From: Candidatus Subterrananammoxibius californiae
GTDB taxonomy: Bacteria > Planctomycetota > Brocadiia > Brocadiales > Subterrananammoxibiaceae
Assembly (NCBI GenBank): GCA_030586555.1
Contig: JAURAC010000033.1
Location: forward strand, 1-34,697
Reading direction: 5' to 3'
DNA: 34,697 bases
Part shown: positions 18,150 to 26,622 of the stretch, one piece after another
Layout of the letters: each line of letters begins with the position of its first letter
How positions within the stretch are numbered: position 1 is the first letter of the stretch
Translations under genes and position numbers: made by a program
The notes under the pieces: generated by a model
Database searches by the model: none
The model's input: the letters and a program-made list of their open reading frames with translations, nothing else
What the model was told of the DNA's origin: nothing

Positions 18150-19553
18150 ATGAGTAAAAATAAAAAGGATTTTGATGAAGTTCTTCTCTGTTTGCCTGCG
18201 ACATCGAGCATTCCGGCTGAAACTAACGGCGACAAAAAAGTAGATACGATGAGTTCAGCCACAGGGAAACATGGCTCACTCCCTGACGGCAGGCGGGTGT
18301 ATAGAAGGTTCGATGTTAGTATAGACGGGAAGTGTTCTATCGTTTCTGACGTTGCCGCGGCTAACGGTATTGAATTTCCAGTTACTATTAAGAATATCTC
18401 CGAGGGAGGTGCGTTATTTGTTTCGCAAAGACCGTTACCGTCAGGGGTGACATTTACACTGTCTTACAATCCGCCTTCAAAAGGTTCAGCGCCTGGCTAC
18501 GGTATTCAGGGGAAAAGGATTTCTATGGAGATAATCAGGCAAAAAGAGGTGTATGGAAAGGCTGGTGTAGAATATGTAATTGTCGCTCGTTCTATCGAAG
18601 CAAAAACCTTGTTGCAACCGGAGCAATGGAAAGCAACGGCAAAGGTTCTCAAGCAATTACTTATTATAAAGAATAGCGCTGGTATGCTTGTTGCTAAAGG
18701 CGTAAAAGCTTATGAACAATTTTTTGATAACATCCTGGAGGAAAGAGGGTATCAGGTTAGGATTGCAAATAACGTTCAGGAAGCCTTGAGCATGCTTGGG
18801 GAAGGTTGTTTTGATGCAATACTGTCCGATATTGAAACTGTTAGTAATGATAGGTACGAACTGTTAAAGGTCATCGAATATAAATTTCCTGATATTGATT
18901 TAATTATAACGACGAAGAGCAGTCATGAGTGGTTTAACAGTCTGCTTGAAAAGGCAGAGGAGTATATAGAGAAACTCGTCGAAGGTAAGGAGATAAATAT
19001 TGCCCTTGAAAAGAGGCTTTTGCGGCTACTTTCTGAATATAAGGATTTTTTCGGCAGCGGTAATGAATCGTTGCGTCAAAAGGTTATTAACGACCTGTTA
19101 AACAGGATTAACGTATTAAATAGGATTCGTGATGCAAAAGAAGGAGAACTGCAAGGGAAGACGCAGCATCAACGGAAGTATTTCCGCATGTACCTTCCGG
19201 AAGAGGAACAAATACCCTGTACCATGGAACTTGAGTTTGGACAGGTTATTGAATGTACTATATCAGATTTAAGTGTCGAGGGCTTTGGTACCTTGCTTGA
19301 CACCCGAAGTTTAAATTTGTCGCCCGGTACGCTGATTAAGGATGTGAGAATACCTCTTCCAAATGGGGATTTAGTTAAAGGGCAGGCAGTTGTAAGATTT
19401 ATTTCGCCAACAATGGAAAGTTCAAAGTTTAATTGTGGTATAGAATTTGTAAATCTGCATGCAAGATTCAGGGAGAAAATCTCTAAATATATCTTCGAGA
19501 CACATGGCGACGCAGTCAAAAAAATAAAGGGGAAAATTGATGCCTTCTGCTAA
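18150..19553 (+). CDS. PilZ - degenerate REC - PilZ protein
   Basis: RRVYRR…NISEGG and QRKYFR…DLSVEG PilZ motifs flank a GYQVRIANNVQEAL…FDAILSD receiver-like segment. Confidence 0.75.
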   Translation: MSKNKKDFDEVLLCLPATSSIPAETNGDKKVDTMSSATGKHGSLPDGRRVYRRFDVSIDGKCSIVSDVAAANGIEFPVTIKNISEGGALFVSQRPLPSGVTFTLSYNPPSKGSAPGYGIQGKRISMEIIRQKEVYGKAGVEYVIVARSIEAKTLLQPEQWKATAKVLKQLLIIKNSAGMLVAKGVKAYEQFFDNILEERGYQVRIANNVQEALSMLGEGCFDAILSDIETVSNDRYELLKVIEYKFPDIDLIITTKSSHEWFNSLLEKAEEYIEKLVEGKEINIALEKRLLRLLSEYKDFFGSGNESLRQKVINDLLNRINVLNRIRDAKEGELQGKTQHQRKYFRMYLPEEEQIPCTMELEFGQVIECTISDLSVEGFGTLLDTRSLNLSPGTLIKDVRIPLPNGDLVKGQAVVRFISPTMESSKFNCGIEFVNLHARFREKISKYIFETHGDAVKKIKGKIDAFC

Positions 19554-20661
19554 CACAATAGAGACTACTAACGGCAAGGTTAAGGTATTAGTAATTGATG
19601 ATTCAGCCGTTGCCAGGAAAATACTTTCTACCGGACTAAGTAAGGACCCTGGAATAGAAGTCGTCGGGGTTGCAGCAGACCCGTTTATAGCGCGTGATAA
19701 AATATTACGGCTTGAACCAGATGTCCTAACGCTCGACGTTGAAATGCCGAGGATGGACGGCTTAACCTTCCTTAAGAAATTAATGACGTATTACCCCATG
19801 CCTGTAATAATGGTCAGTTCTTTAACGCAGGCAGGATGTGAAACCACGTTTAAAGCCCTCGAGCTTGGCGCAATAGATTTTGTTGCGAAACCACAGTACT
19901 CCTATTCAAGCTCATTAGAAGACATAATAATTGAATTAGCTTCTAAGATTAAAGGCGCTGCAAAAGCAAGGGTTCGTAATAGACCTACAGAGGAGTCAGA
20001 GGTAGGGGCAAACGGAGTTTGCCCACCACGTACATGGGCGAATGCCATTCGCCCCTACGACTCAAGACTCCAAAATGGCGCCATGATTAAGACCACTCAT
20101 AAGATAGTCGCAATCGGGGCGTCAACCGGCGGAACGGAAGCGCTGAGGGACGTACTCGTTGAGATGCCACCCAACGCTCCACCCATTGTTATTGTTCAAC
20201 ACATGCCAGAGGTATTCACTAAAGCCTTTGCTGAGAGATTAAATAGTATGTGTTCAGTTGAGGTTAAAGAAGCAAAGAATGGTGATAGTGTAATACCTGG
20301 TGTAGCTTTGATTGCTCCAGGAAATTATCATCTCACGCTTGCAAGAGACGGAGCAAGATACATTGTAGAAACAAACCAGAAACCCCCGATAAATCACCAT
20401 CGCCCATCGGTTGAGATGCTTTTTAACTCAGTAGCCCATTATGCTGGCTCAAACGCAATAGGGGTTATCATGACCGGAATGGGCGCTGATGGCGCCACAG
20501 GGCTTTTGAAAATGAAGAATGCCGGGGCAAAGACAATTGCACAGGATGAAGAAAGTTGCGTTGTGTTTGGCATGCCGAAAGAGGCAATAAAGCTCGGCGC
20601 CATTGATAAAGTGGTTCCTCTAAACAACATTCCAGAAACCATACTTTCCTTTCTGAATTAA
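19540..20661 (+). CDS. cheB: Chemotaxis methylesterase CheB
   Basis: REC domain plus GASTGG, VQHMP, HRPSV, MTGMGADGA, VVFGMP. Confidence 0.97.
   Translation: MPSANTIETTNGKVKVLVIDDSAVARKILSTGLSKDPGIEVVGVAADPFIARDKILRLEPDVLTLDVEMPRMDGLTFLKKLMTYYPMPVIMVSSLTQAGCETTFKALELGAIDFVAKPQYSYSSSLEDIIIELASKIKGAAKARVRNRPTEESEVGANGVCPPRTWANAIRPYDSRLQNGAMIKTTHKIVAIGASTGGTEALRDVLVEMPPNAPPIVIVQHMPEVFTKAFAERLNSMCSVEVKEAKNGDSVIPGVALIAPGNYHLTLARDGARYIVETNQKPPINHHRPSVEMLFNSVAHYAGSNAIGVIMTGMGADGATGLLKMKNAGAKTIAQDEESCVVFGMPKEAIKLGAIDKVVPLNNIPETILSFLN
20002..20058. repeat. GTAG-family REP doublet in frame in the CheB linker
   Basis: 57 bp gtaggggc…gcccctac, 19 codons (VGANGVCPPRTWANAIRPY). Confidence 0.85.
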
Positions 20662-20673
20662 AACATTCAGGTA

Positions 20674-20774
20674 GGGTGGCATGGACAAATTTATTTGTCC
20701 GTGCCTTCCAACATTCTTTACACGGATAAACAAGCCTGCCCTCGAACGGAGTGAAGGGTTTATCCGTGCCACCC
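20674..20774. repeat. REP-like doublet (GGGTGGCAYGGA…TCCGTGCCACCC) after cheB
   Basis: Terminal inverted repeats with internal hairpins; same family as 8781 and 30187. Confidence 0.8.
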
Positions 20775-20924
20775 TTTGCGCCTGAGGCGGACAACGTGCC
20801 CCTTTTCCTTTCTAACTACCTGAGATTTGCCGTAAGTTTAAACAAATCCCTTGATTAAACTGTTTCGCAATAATATCAAAGGTGATATGAATTATCTACA
20901 ATATCTTGTATGCCTGTTTTGTAC

Positions 20925-20953
20925 TTGACTATATGTTGAAAACATTATAGAAT
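20925..20953 (+). promoter_or_regulatory. Sigma70-like promoter at the head of the cassette array
   Basis: TTGACT (20925-30), 17 nt spacer, TAGAAT (20948-53). Confidence 0.6.
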
Positions 20954-21024
20954 TTTACAATGTATCATTTATTTTTTCTGTTGGAAAGAATAATTACAGA
21001 AAATTCCAACTATAATATATACTG

Positions 21025-21081
21025 CTCTACAACCTCACCCCGGAAGAGATTAAAGTGGTTGAGGGTTTTAATAAAAAATAA
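21025..21081 (+). repeat. Array repeat R1 (RM C-terminus remnant)
   Basis: Translates LYNLTPEEIKVVEGFNKK*; no upstream ORF in frame. Confidence 0.9.
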
Positions 21082-21084
21082 GTT

Positions 21085-22977
21085 ATGGAATATACATTTG
21101 AACAACAAAAAATTTTTGAACACAATCCCAGCAAACATGCCTGTATATTAGCTGGCCCAGGCACAGGGAAAAGCTCCACTATAATCAGTTATATTGCTAA
21201 GATTCGTGAACAACATCCACATAAGGTGATTAGACTCTTAACTTTTACAAGGGCAGCAAATGGAGAGTTGGTTGATAAAATTCTTGAAGCGGGTCACAAA
21301 AGAGTAATCTCAAGCACTGTTCATTCTTTTGCAATTTCAGTATTGTTGAATAATCCAGGAACCGGAGGACTACCGGAACCTTTAAGAATTGCTGACGATT
21401 GGGAATGGAAAGAACTCATTAGAGAGGATATTGCGAGGAGGTTGTCTTCAAAGGCAAAAACAATAGATAGGCTAAAAAATGAAATGAGTGCCTATTGGGA
21501 GTCATTATCTCCTGAAACAGACCACAAAGTACCCGCTAATGTCAGGGCTCGTTTTATGGGGATGTGGGACGAACACCGTAAAATATTTGGATATACCTTA
21601 CTTGCTGAATTGCCTTTTCGTTTAAAAATTGCCTTAGAAGGAAATCCGGATTTAGACCTTGGAAATTTGGAACTAATTGCTGTTGACGAATATCAAGATT
21701 TGAATGCGTGCGATCTCATGTGTTTTCGGCTTCTTTCTGAGCGTGATGTAACTGTTATTGCAATAGGTGATGACGATCAATCCATTTACCAATTTCGTAA
21801 AGCTCACCCTGCGGGTATTCGCAATTTCCCCAATGAATATCAGGCTCCAAGTTATCCTCTTACAATAAGTCATCGGTGTGGGAAGAAAATCCTTGAATGG
21901 GCAAATTATGTTATAGAAGGCGATACAAGCAGAGCATCTAAACCTTCATTGAAACCAAGCGATAAAAATTCTGAAGGAGTTGTTGGTTATTTAGTATTTG
22001 ACCGTGAGAATACTGAAGCATACGGGGTTGTTCGACTTGTAACGTGGCTAACAAACAAAGAAAAAGTGCCTCTTGAAGAAATTCTAATTCTTGTCCGTAC
22101 TGGTATTATTGCTAAATTAATAAAAGAAGCTCTCGAAAAAGCACATGTACAATTTTCTGATCCAGAAGAAGCGTTAAATACATTACAAAATATCAGCTCC
22201 AGAGAGTTATTTAGTATTTTACGTTTATTAACAAATAGGTGCGACTCTCTTGCATGGTGGACACTTTTGCATCATACAAAGGGTATAGGGTATAGCATTA
22301 TTAATAATATTTATGGGTTAGCTCAAAAAAACAAATGCCAATTTGGTGAAGCCTTAGTAAAGGAAGCTGAAAGTGATTTTAAGAATATTTCTTCAGGTAA
22401 AGACAAAATTTCAACCAGAGTTAATAGCGTGTTTCAAATATTAGAGAGACTTAATGTTCCATGTGAGGCTCGGTGGGGAGCTTGGATCATGGAACGAGTT
22501 AAAGAAGGTAAGCTTCCCGAACCTCCAGAAGGTATAGGCGAATTATTATCAAAAATAGATACTGCAATAGAGAATACTGAGTATGTTACTCTTGATCGGT
22601 ATGTGAATCAGGTTGAGCCAATGACTAAAGATATAATGAATTCTAAAATACCCGACCGTTTAAGAATAATGACACTAAGTCGATCAAAAGGGCTTACAGT
22701 ACGGGCCACTATTATAGTGGGTGCAGAAAGTGAAATTATACCTCATCCAAGTGGAGACCCTCAAGAAGAAAGGCGCTTACTGTATGTAGGGATGACCAGG
22801 GCCCGAGACTATTTATTTGTAACACGATGCCGCAGAAGAACCGGACCAACTGCATGGTCTGGTCAAGCAAATGTTGCAGGAACTCGAACCGGGTGCCCAT
22901 TTCTTGATGGAGGTCCAGTATCGCAATCTAATGGCGAACAAGAGTTTAATAAAGTGGACGCAAAAAACCTCCTATGA
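21085..22977 (+). CDS. UvrD/Rep-family (SF1) ATP-dependent helicase
   Basis: AGPGTGKS, LTFTR, VDEYQD, GDDDQSIYQFR, SKGL, EERRLLYVGMTRAR. Confidence 0.92.
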   Translation: MEYTFEQQKIFEHNPSKHACILAGPGTGKSSTIISYIAKIREQHPHKVIRLLTFTRAANGELVDKILEAGHKRVISSTVHSFAISVLLNNPGTGGLPEPLRIADDWEWKELIREDIARRLSSKAKTIDRLKNEMSAYWESLSPETDHKVPANVRARFMGMWDEHRKIFGYTLLAELPFRLKIALEGNPDLDLGNLELIAVDEYQDLNACDLMCFRLLSERDVTVIAIGDDDQSIYQFRKAHPAGIRNFPNEYQAPSYPLTISHRCGKKILEWANYVIEGDTSRASKPSLKPSDKNSEGVVGYLVFDRENTEAYGVVRLVTWLTNKEKVPLEEILILVRTGIIAKLIKEALEKAHVQFSDPEEALNTLQNISSRELFSILRLLTNRCDSLAWWTLLHHTKGIGYSIINNIYGLAQKNKCQFGEALVKEAESDFKNISSGKDKISTRVNSVFQILERLNVPCEARWGAWIMERVKEGKLPEPPEGIGELLSKIDTAIENTEYVTLDRYVNQVEPMTKDIMNSKIPDRLRIMTLSRSKGLTVRATIIVGAESEIIPHPSGDPQEERRLLYVGMTRARDYLFVTRCRRRTGPTAWSGQANVAGTRTGCPFLDGGPVSQSNGEQEFNKVDAKNLL

Positions 22978-23257
22978 CGAAGAAACTAAGCTACAGGTTT
23001 TTGGATTATAGACAAATTTTATGGAGGTATCTTGCACCTGCCAACTCGCCTGTCGGGAGGTTTTGTTTTACTTTCAACCTTGCCTGTTATGTGTCCGCAT
23101 GCAGATGGGATGCATACACAATTACGAGACATTCAGACTGTGTCATAATTGGTTTTGTGATATACAAGACAAAAGACTAATGTTATATTAGCAATTGTAA
23201 GATTATTTTTACTACTTATTTTTTAGCAGTCAGCTATCAACTGATCTGCCTCAGCAC

Positions 23258-23326
23258 GTCTATCAACTCTACGGCCTCACCCCGGAGGAGATTGCAATTG
23301 TGGAGGGCTGCAATGCCAATAAGTGA
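23258..23326 (+). repeat. Array repeat R2
   Basis: Translates VYQLYGLTPEEIAIVEGCNANK*. Confidence 0.9.
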
Positions 23327-23966
23327 TTTTTCTGGCAAAACGTATGTAGCATTCTCTGATTTGAATGGTTTTAAAGAGATGATGCGTAATCATCGGAATG
23401 CCGCCAAAGCACTAGATAAACTTTACAGCACTGTTTACGAACTCAAAACCAAGTCAGAATATTCCGGAATTCAGACGCTTGCAATATCAGATTGTGCAAT
23501 CAGCTTTGTAAGCAATTCAAATAGCAATAATACCGCCGACTTACCATTAATTTTAAAATTTATCAAAGACCTGCATACTAAAATGCTTAACGCAGATTAT
23601 CTTATAACATCATCAATAGCCTGTGGGCAATTTGATTATCATGAAAGAATTGAGCTACCGGGTCTTGAGAAAAACATGCTTTATGGAAATGCTTATCTTA
23701 ATGCATATCTGAACAATGAGAAATGTCCGGCAGGATCAATCGCAATTATTTGTGAAGGAAGCGAGAAAGATAATATTCTACAATCTTCAGGAGAACATAA
23801 GGAATTTTTGAGAGATATTCGCAGGAATGTAAAGGGGCTTCAGTTTTATTGGGCTGTACCATCGGGCGATAGCATTGATAAATTTAAGACTGCATATCAA
23901 GATACTTATAACTTGAAATATAAGGGAATGATATCGGTTTACAAAGATTATCTAAGGAGAACCTGA
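23313..23966 (+). CDS. Hypothetical protein with class III nucleotidyl-cyclase-like motifs
   Basis: YVAFSDLNGFK…AISDC…SSIACG…LYGNAYLNAY matches the VAFxDILGF/FSD/RGGIAxG/GxAxxxAY pattern; SD GGAGGG lies within R2. Confidence 0.6.
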   Translation: MPISDFSGKTYVAFSDLNGFKEMMRNHRNAAKALDKLYSTVYELKTKSEYSGIQTLAISDCAISFVSNSNSNNTADLPLILKFIKDLHTKMLNADYLITSSIACGQFDYHERIELPGLEKNMLYGNAYLNAYLNNEKCPAGSIAIICEGSEKDNILQSSGEHKEFLRDIRRNVKGLQFYWAVPSGDSIDKFKTAYQDTYNLKYKGMISVYKDYLRRT

Positions 23967-23979
23967 TATAAGGGTAAGA

Positions 23980-24072
23980 GTCTCTGCCATTAAAGGGAAG
24001 ATTGATAACATGGCCTATGACCCTTACAACCTCACCCCGGAAGAGATTGTAATTGTGGAAGGAAATGGGTAA
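23980..24072 (+). repeat. Array repeat R3
   Basis: Translates VSAIKGKIDNMAYDPYNLTPEEIVIVEGNG*. Confidence 0.88.
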
Positions 24073-24106
24073 AATTTAAACATTAAATATAAGGGAGGAC
24101 AAAAAT

Positions 24107-24334
24107 ATGAGCATAAGCATAGAGAGAATAGTATCTGACCCAAAGATATGCAGCGGCAAGCCGTGTATTAAGGGCACCAGAATCCCCGCGCATATCATAC
24201 TTGACCTTCTTGCTGCTGGAGAAAGTTTTGAAGGTATTAAGAAAGCATATCCCAATATCACCGATGAAGATATTAAGGCTTGCCTGAACTATGCTGCGAT
24301 TCTTGCCGATGAAGAGGCTGGAGTTATTGCATGA
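24107..24334 (+). CDS. DUF433 family protein (putative antitoxin)
   Basis: IVSDPKICSGKPCIKGTRIP…YPNITDEDIKACLNYA. Confidence 0.92.
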   Translation: MSISIERIVSDPKICSGKPCIKGTRIPAHIILDLLAAGESFEGIKKAYPNITDEDIKACLNYAAILADEEAGVIA

Positions 24335-24693
24335 AAATTTTTGCCAATGAAAATCTTTTTGAACCCATTATTGATTATTTGAAGAAACGTGGTCATGATG
24401 TGCTTAGCATAAGAGATGCAGGACTTTCTGGCATATCTGACGATATGGTTTATCAGCAGGCATGCAGAGATAACATGGTGATTATAACAATGGATAAAGA
24501 CTTTTCAAGAATATTTCGTTTCCCACCTGAAAAATGTGGCGGGATTATTGTTACTAAAATTTATAAACGCACAGTTGATGAAACACTTTCAATATTCAAA
24601 AAATTTTATGAGTCTATACAGGAAAAAGATATACATAACAATCTGGTTATTATTACACCTGAAGGGGTACGAATAAAAAGAACAAATATCTAA
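24331..24693 (+). CDS. DUF5615 PIN-like protein (putative toxin)
   Basis: MKIFANENL…GHDV…GISDD…ITMDKDF; ATGA overlap with the DUF433 gene. Confidence 0.88.
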   Translation: MKIFANENLFEPIIDYLKKRGHDVLSIRDAGLSGISDDMVYQQACRDNMVIITMDKDFSRIFRFPPEKCGGIIVTKIYKRTVDETLSIFKKFYESIQEKDIHNNLVIITPEGVRIKRTNI

Positions 24694-24710
24694 CGGATTA
24701 TTTCTGATTG

Positions 24711-24860
24711 TTCGTCATCCTCGTTGACCAAATCCTCGCCGTAAAGCAGAAAGACCCCAATGCCGACACGTCGGCGCTGGAAAGACAGATTGACCAGGTG
24801 GTTTATGAATTGTACGGATTGACCCCGGAGGAGATTGTGATTGTGGAGGGGAAGGGGTAA
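24711..24860 (+). repeat. Array repeat R4 (long copy)
   Basis: Translates FVILVDQILAVKQKDPNADTSALERQIDQVVYELYGLTPEEIVIVEGKG*. Confidence 0.92.
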
Positions 24861-24862
24861 AT

Positions 24863-25882
24863 ATGAAAAACATGATGAGCACAGAGTACAAGACCTTCTT
24901 TAAAGAGATAAAAGAACGGATTCATAAAGCTCAGTATGATGCACTTAAGTCTGTAAATAGAGAATTGATAGATTTGTACTGGGACATTGGTAAATCAATA
25001 GTGGCAAAGCAGGAAAAGCTTGGTTGGGGCAAGGCAATTGTAGAAACTCTCGCAAAAGACCTGCAGAAAGAGTTTCCTGGGATACAGGGGTTTTCCAGTG
25101 CAAATCTCTGGAGAATGCGGAATTTCTATCTGGCGTATCACAAAAATGAGAAACTCGCACCAATGGTGCGAGAAATAAGCTGGACGAAAAATATCATAAT
25201 TTTGGAGCGTTGCAAAGACGACATACGGCGAGAATTTTACCTTAAAATAACAAAGAAGTTCGGCTGGACGAAAGATGTTCTGATAAATCTGCTTGAAGCA
25301 GGCACATTTGAACGATATATGGTGAACCAAACAAACTTCGATAAAGCAGTACCTGAAAAATACAGACATCAGGCAAAACTGGCCCTTAAGGATGAATACT
25401 CTTTTGATTTTCTGGAGCTTGGCGAAGAGCATTCAGAAAAGGAACTCGAGCGGGCACTTTTAGATAATGTAAGGAATTTTCTGATTGAGATGGGCAGCTA
25501 CTTTACTTTTGTGGGTAATCAGTATAGGCTTGAAATAAATGATCAGGAGTTTTTTATTGACCTCCTGTTATATCACCGCCGGTTGCGGTGTCTTATTGCG
25601 GTAGAGTTGAAAGTAGGAGCCTTCAAGCCAGAATATGCCGGCAAGAGGCAGTTTTATCTTTCTGCCCTTAACGATATGGTAAAACTTCCTGATGAGAACC
25701 CTTCCATTGGCATTATTTTATGCAAGGATAAAAACCGCACAATCGTTGAGTATGCGTTGAAAGATACAAAAAAGCCGATAGGTGTATCTACCTATAAGCT
25801 GACAGAAAAACTTCCTCGTGAATTGAAAAAATATCTGCCTGCACCAGAAGAAATGATAAAAAGACTTGAGGAATTAGCATGA
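24863..25882 (+). CDS. YhcG/DUF1016 family PDDEXK nuclease-domain protein
   Basis: LYWDIGK…GFSSANLWRMRNFY…KDEYSFDFL…FIDLLLYHRRLRCLIAVELK…ENPSIGIILC. Confidence 0.93.
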   Translation: MKNMMSTEYKTFFKEIKERIHKAQYDALKSVNRELIDLYWDIGKSIVAKQEKLGWGKAIVETLAKDLQKEFPGIQGFSSANLWRMRNFYLAYHKNEKLAPMVREISWTKNIIILERCKDDIRREFYLKITKKFGWTKDVLINLLEAGTFERYMVNQTNFDKAVPEKYRHQAKLALKDEYSFDFLELGEEHSEKELERALLDNVRNFLIEMGSYFTFVGNQYRLEINDQEFFIDLLLYHRRLRCLIAVELKVGAFKPEYAGKRQFYLSALNDMVKLPDENPSIGIILCKDKNRTIVEYALKDTKKPIGVSTYKLTEKLPRELKKYLPAPEEMIKRLEELA

Positions 25883-25927
25883 TTAGTTGCCCCAATGCAC
25901 ATACCTCATACCATATAGACGAACGGC

Positions 25928-25956
25928 CGGGGCAGGCACAGAGGCACTGCCCCTAC
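25928..25956. repeat. GTAG-family REP remnant abutting R5
   Basis: ggggcaggcacagaggcactgcccctac. Confidence 0.65.
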
Positions 25957-25961
25957 AATGT

Positions 25962-26003
25962 CTCACCCATGAGGAGATTGTAATTGTGGAGGGGAAGGGG
26001 TAA
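25962..26003 (+). repeat. Array repeat R5 (short copy)
   Basis: Translates LTHEEIVIVEGKG*; 33/34 nt identical to the R4 tail. Confidence 0.88.
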
Positions 26004-26068
26004 ATTATGATAGAAGTAAAAGGGTTAATTAAGTATAATCTAACCTATAAGTAAGGGAGGGACTAAAA

Positions 26069-26266
26069 ATGTCAGTCAAAGAGATGATAAAAAAGGAAAT
26101 TGATAATCTGCCAGAAGGTCTGCTTGCAGAGGTGTTTGACTTTATCCAGTTTTTAGAAATCAAAAGAGAAAAAAACCTTCTTACAAAGGCCTCTCAAGAA
26201 TTGTCAATCACATCATTTAAAAAGGTCTGGGACAACAAAGAGGATGCTGTTTATGACAATCTATAA
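26069..26266 (+). CDS. DUF2281-like putative antitoxin
   Basis: IDNLPEGLLAEVFDFIQFL…SFKKVWDNKEDAVYDNL; overlaps the toxin start. Confidence 0.8.
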   Translation: MSVKEMIKKEIDNLPEGLLAEVFDFIQFLEIKREKNLLTKASQELSITSFKKVWDNKEDAVYDNL

Positions 26267-26603
26267 TAGAGGGGATATCGTTCTTGTCCCATTTCCTTTT
26301 AGTAATCAAACTATCACCAAAAAGCGTCCAGCGGTGATTATAAGTTCTGATGCTTATAACAATGTTTCTTCTGACATTGTTATAATGGCAGTTACCAGTC
26401 AAGCAGAGAAAACTATTGGGATAGGGGAATGCTTGATTGTAGATTGGCAAGGCGCTGGGCTATTAAAGCCATCTGCTATTAAACCAGCCATATCAACTAT
26501 TGAGCAAAGGCTGGTTTTGAAAAAATTAGGCAAACTTTTGCATCGAGACTTAACCTCAATGAATGTCACAATAAAAGAACTATTGGATTTGAAAATAAAA
26601 TAG
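26253..26603 (+). CDS. MazF/PemK family toxin
   Basis: YNRGDIVLVPFPFS…KKRPAVIIS…AVTSQ…GLLKPS. Confidence 0.9.
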   Translation: MTIYNRGDIVLVPFPFSNQTITKKRPAVIISSDAYNNVSSDIVIMAVTSQAEKTIGIGECLIVDWQGAGLLKPSAIKPAISTIEQRLVLKKLGKLLHRDLTSMNVTIKELLDLKIK

Positions 26604-26622
26604 GATAATACTTATAACCTAA

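Noticed and set aside
271..20794. Numerous short antisense or overlapping ORFs in the track
   Set aside because: Shadows of well-supported genes on the opposite strand or in another frame.
22974..23180. 68-aa ORF after the helicase, and the 63-aa ORF at 20960-21151
   Set aside because: No recognisable motif or RBS; the latter reads R1 out of frame and overlaps the helicase.
21085..23966. Complete Gabija or Pycsar system
   Set aside because: No GajA (OLD/TOPRIM) gene and no cNMP-binding effector gene in the window.
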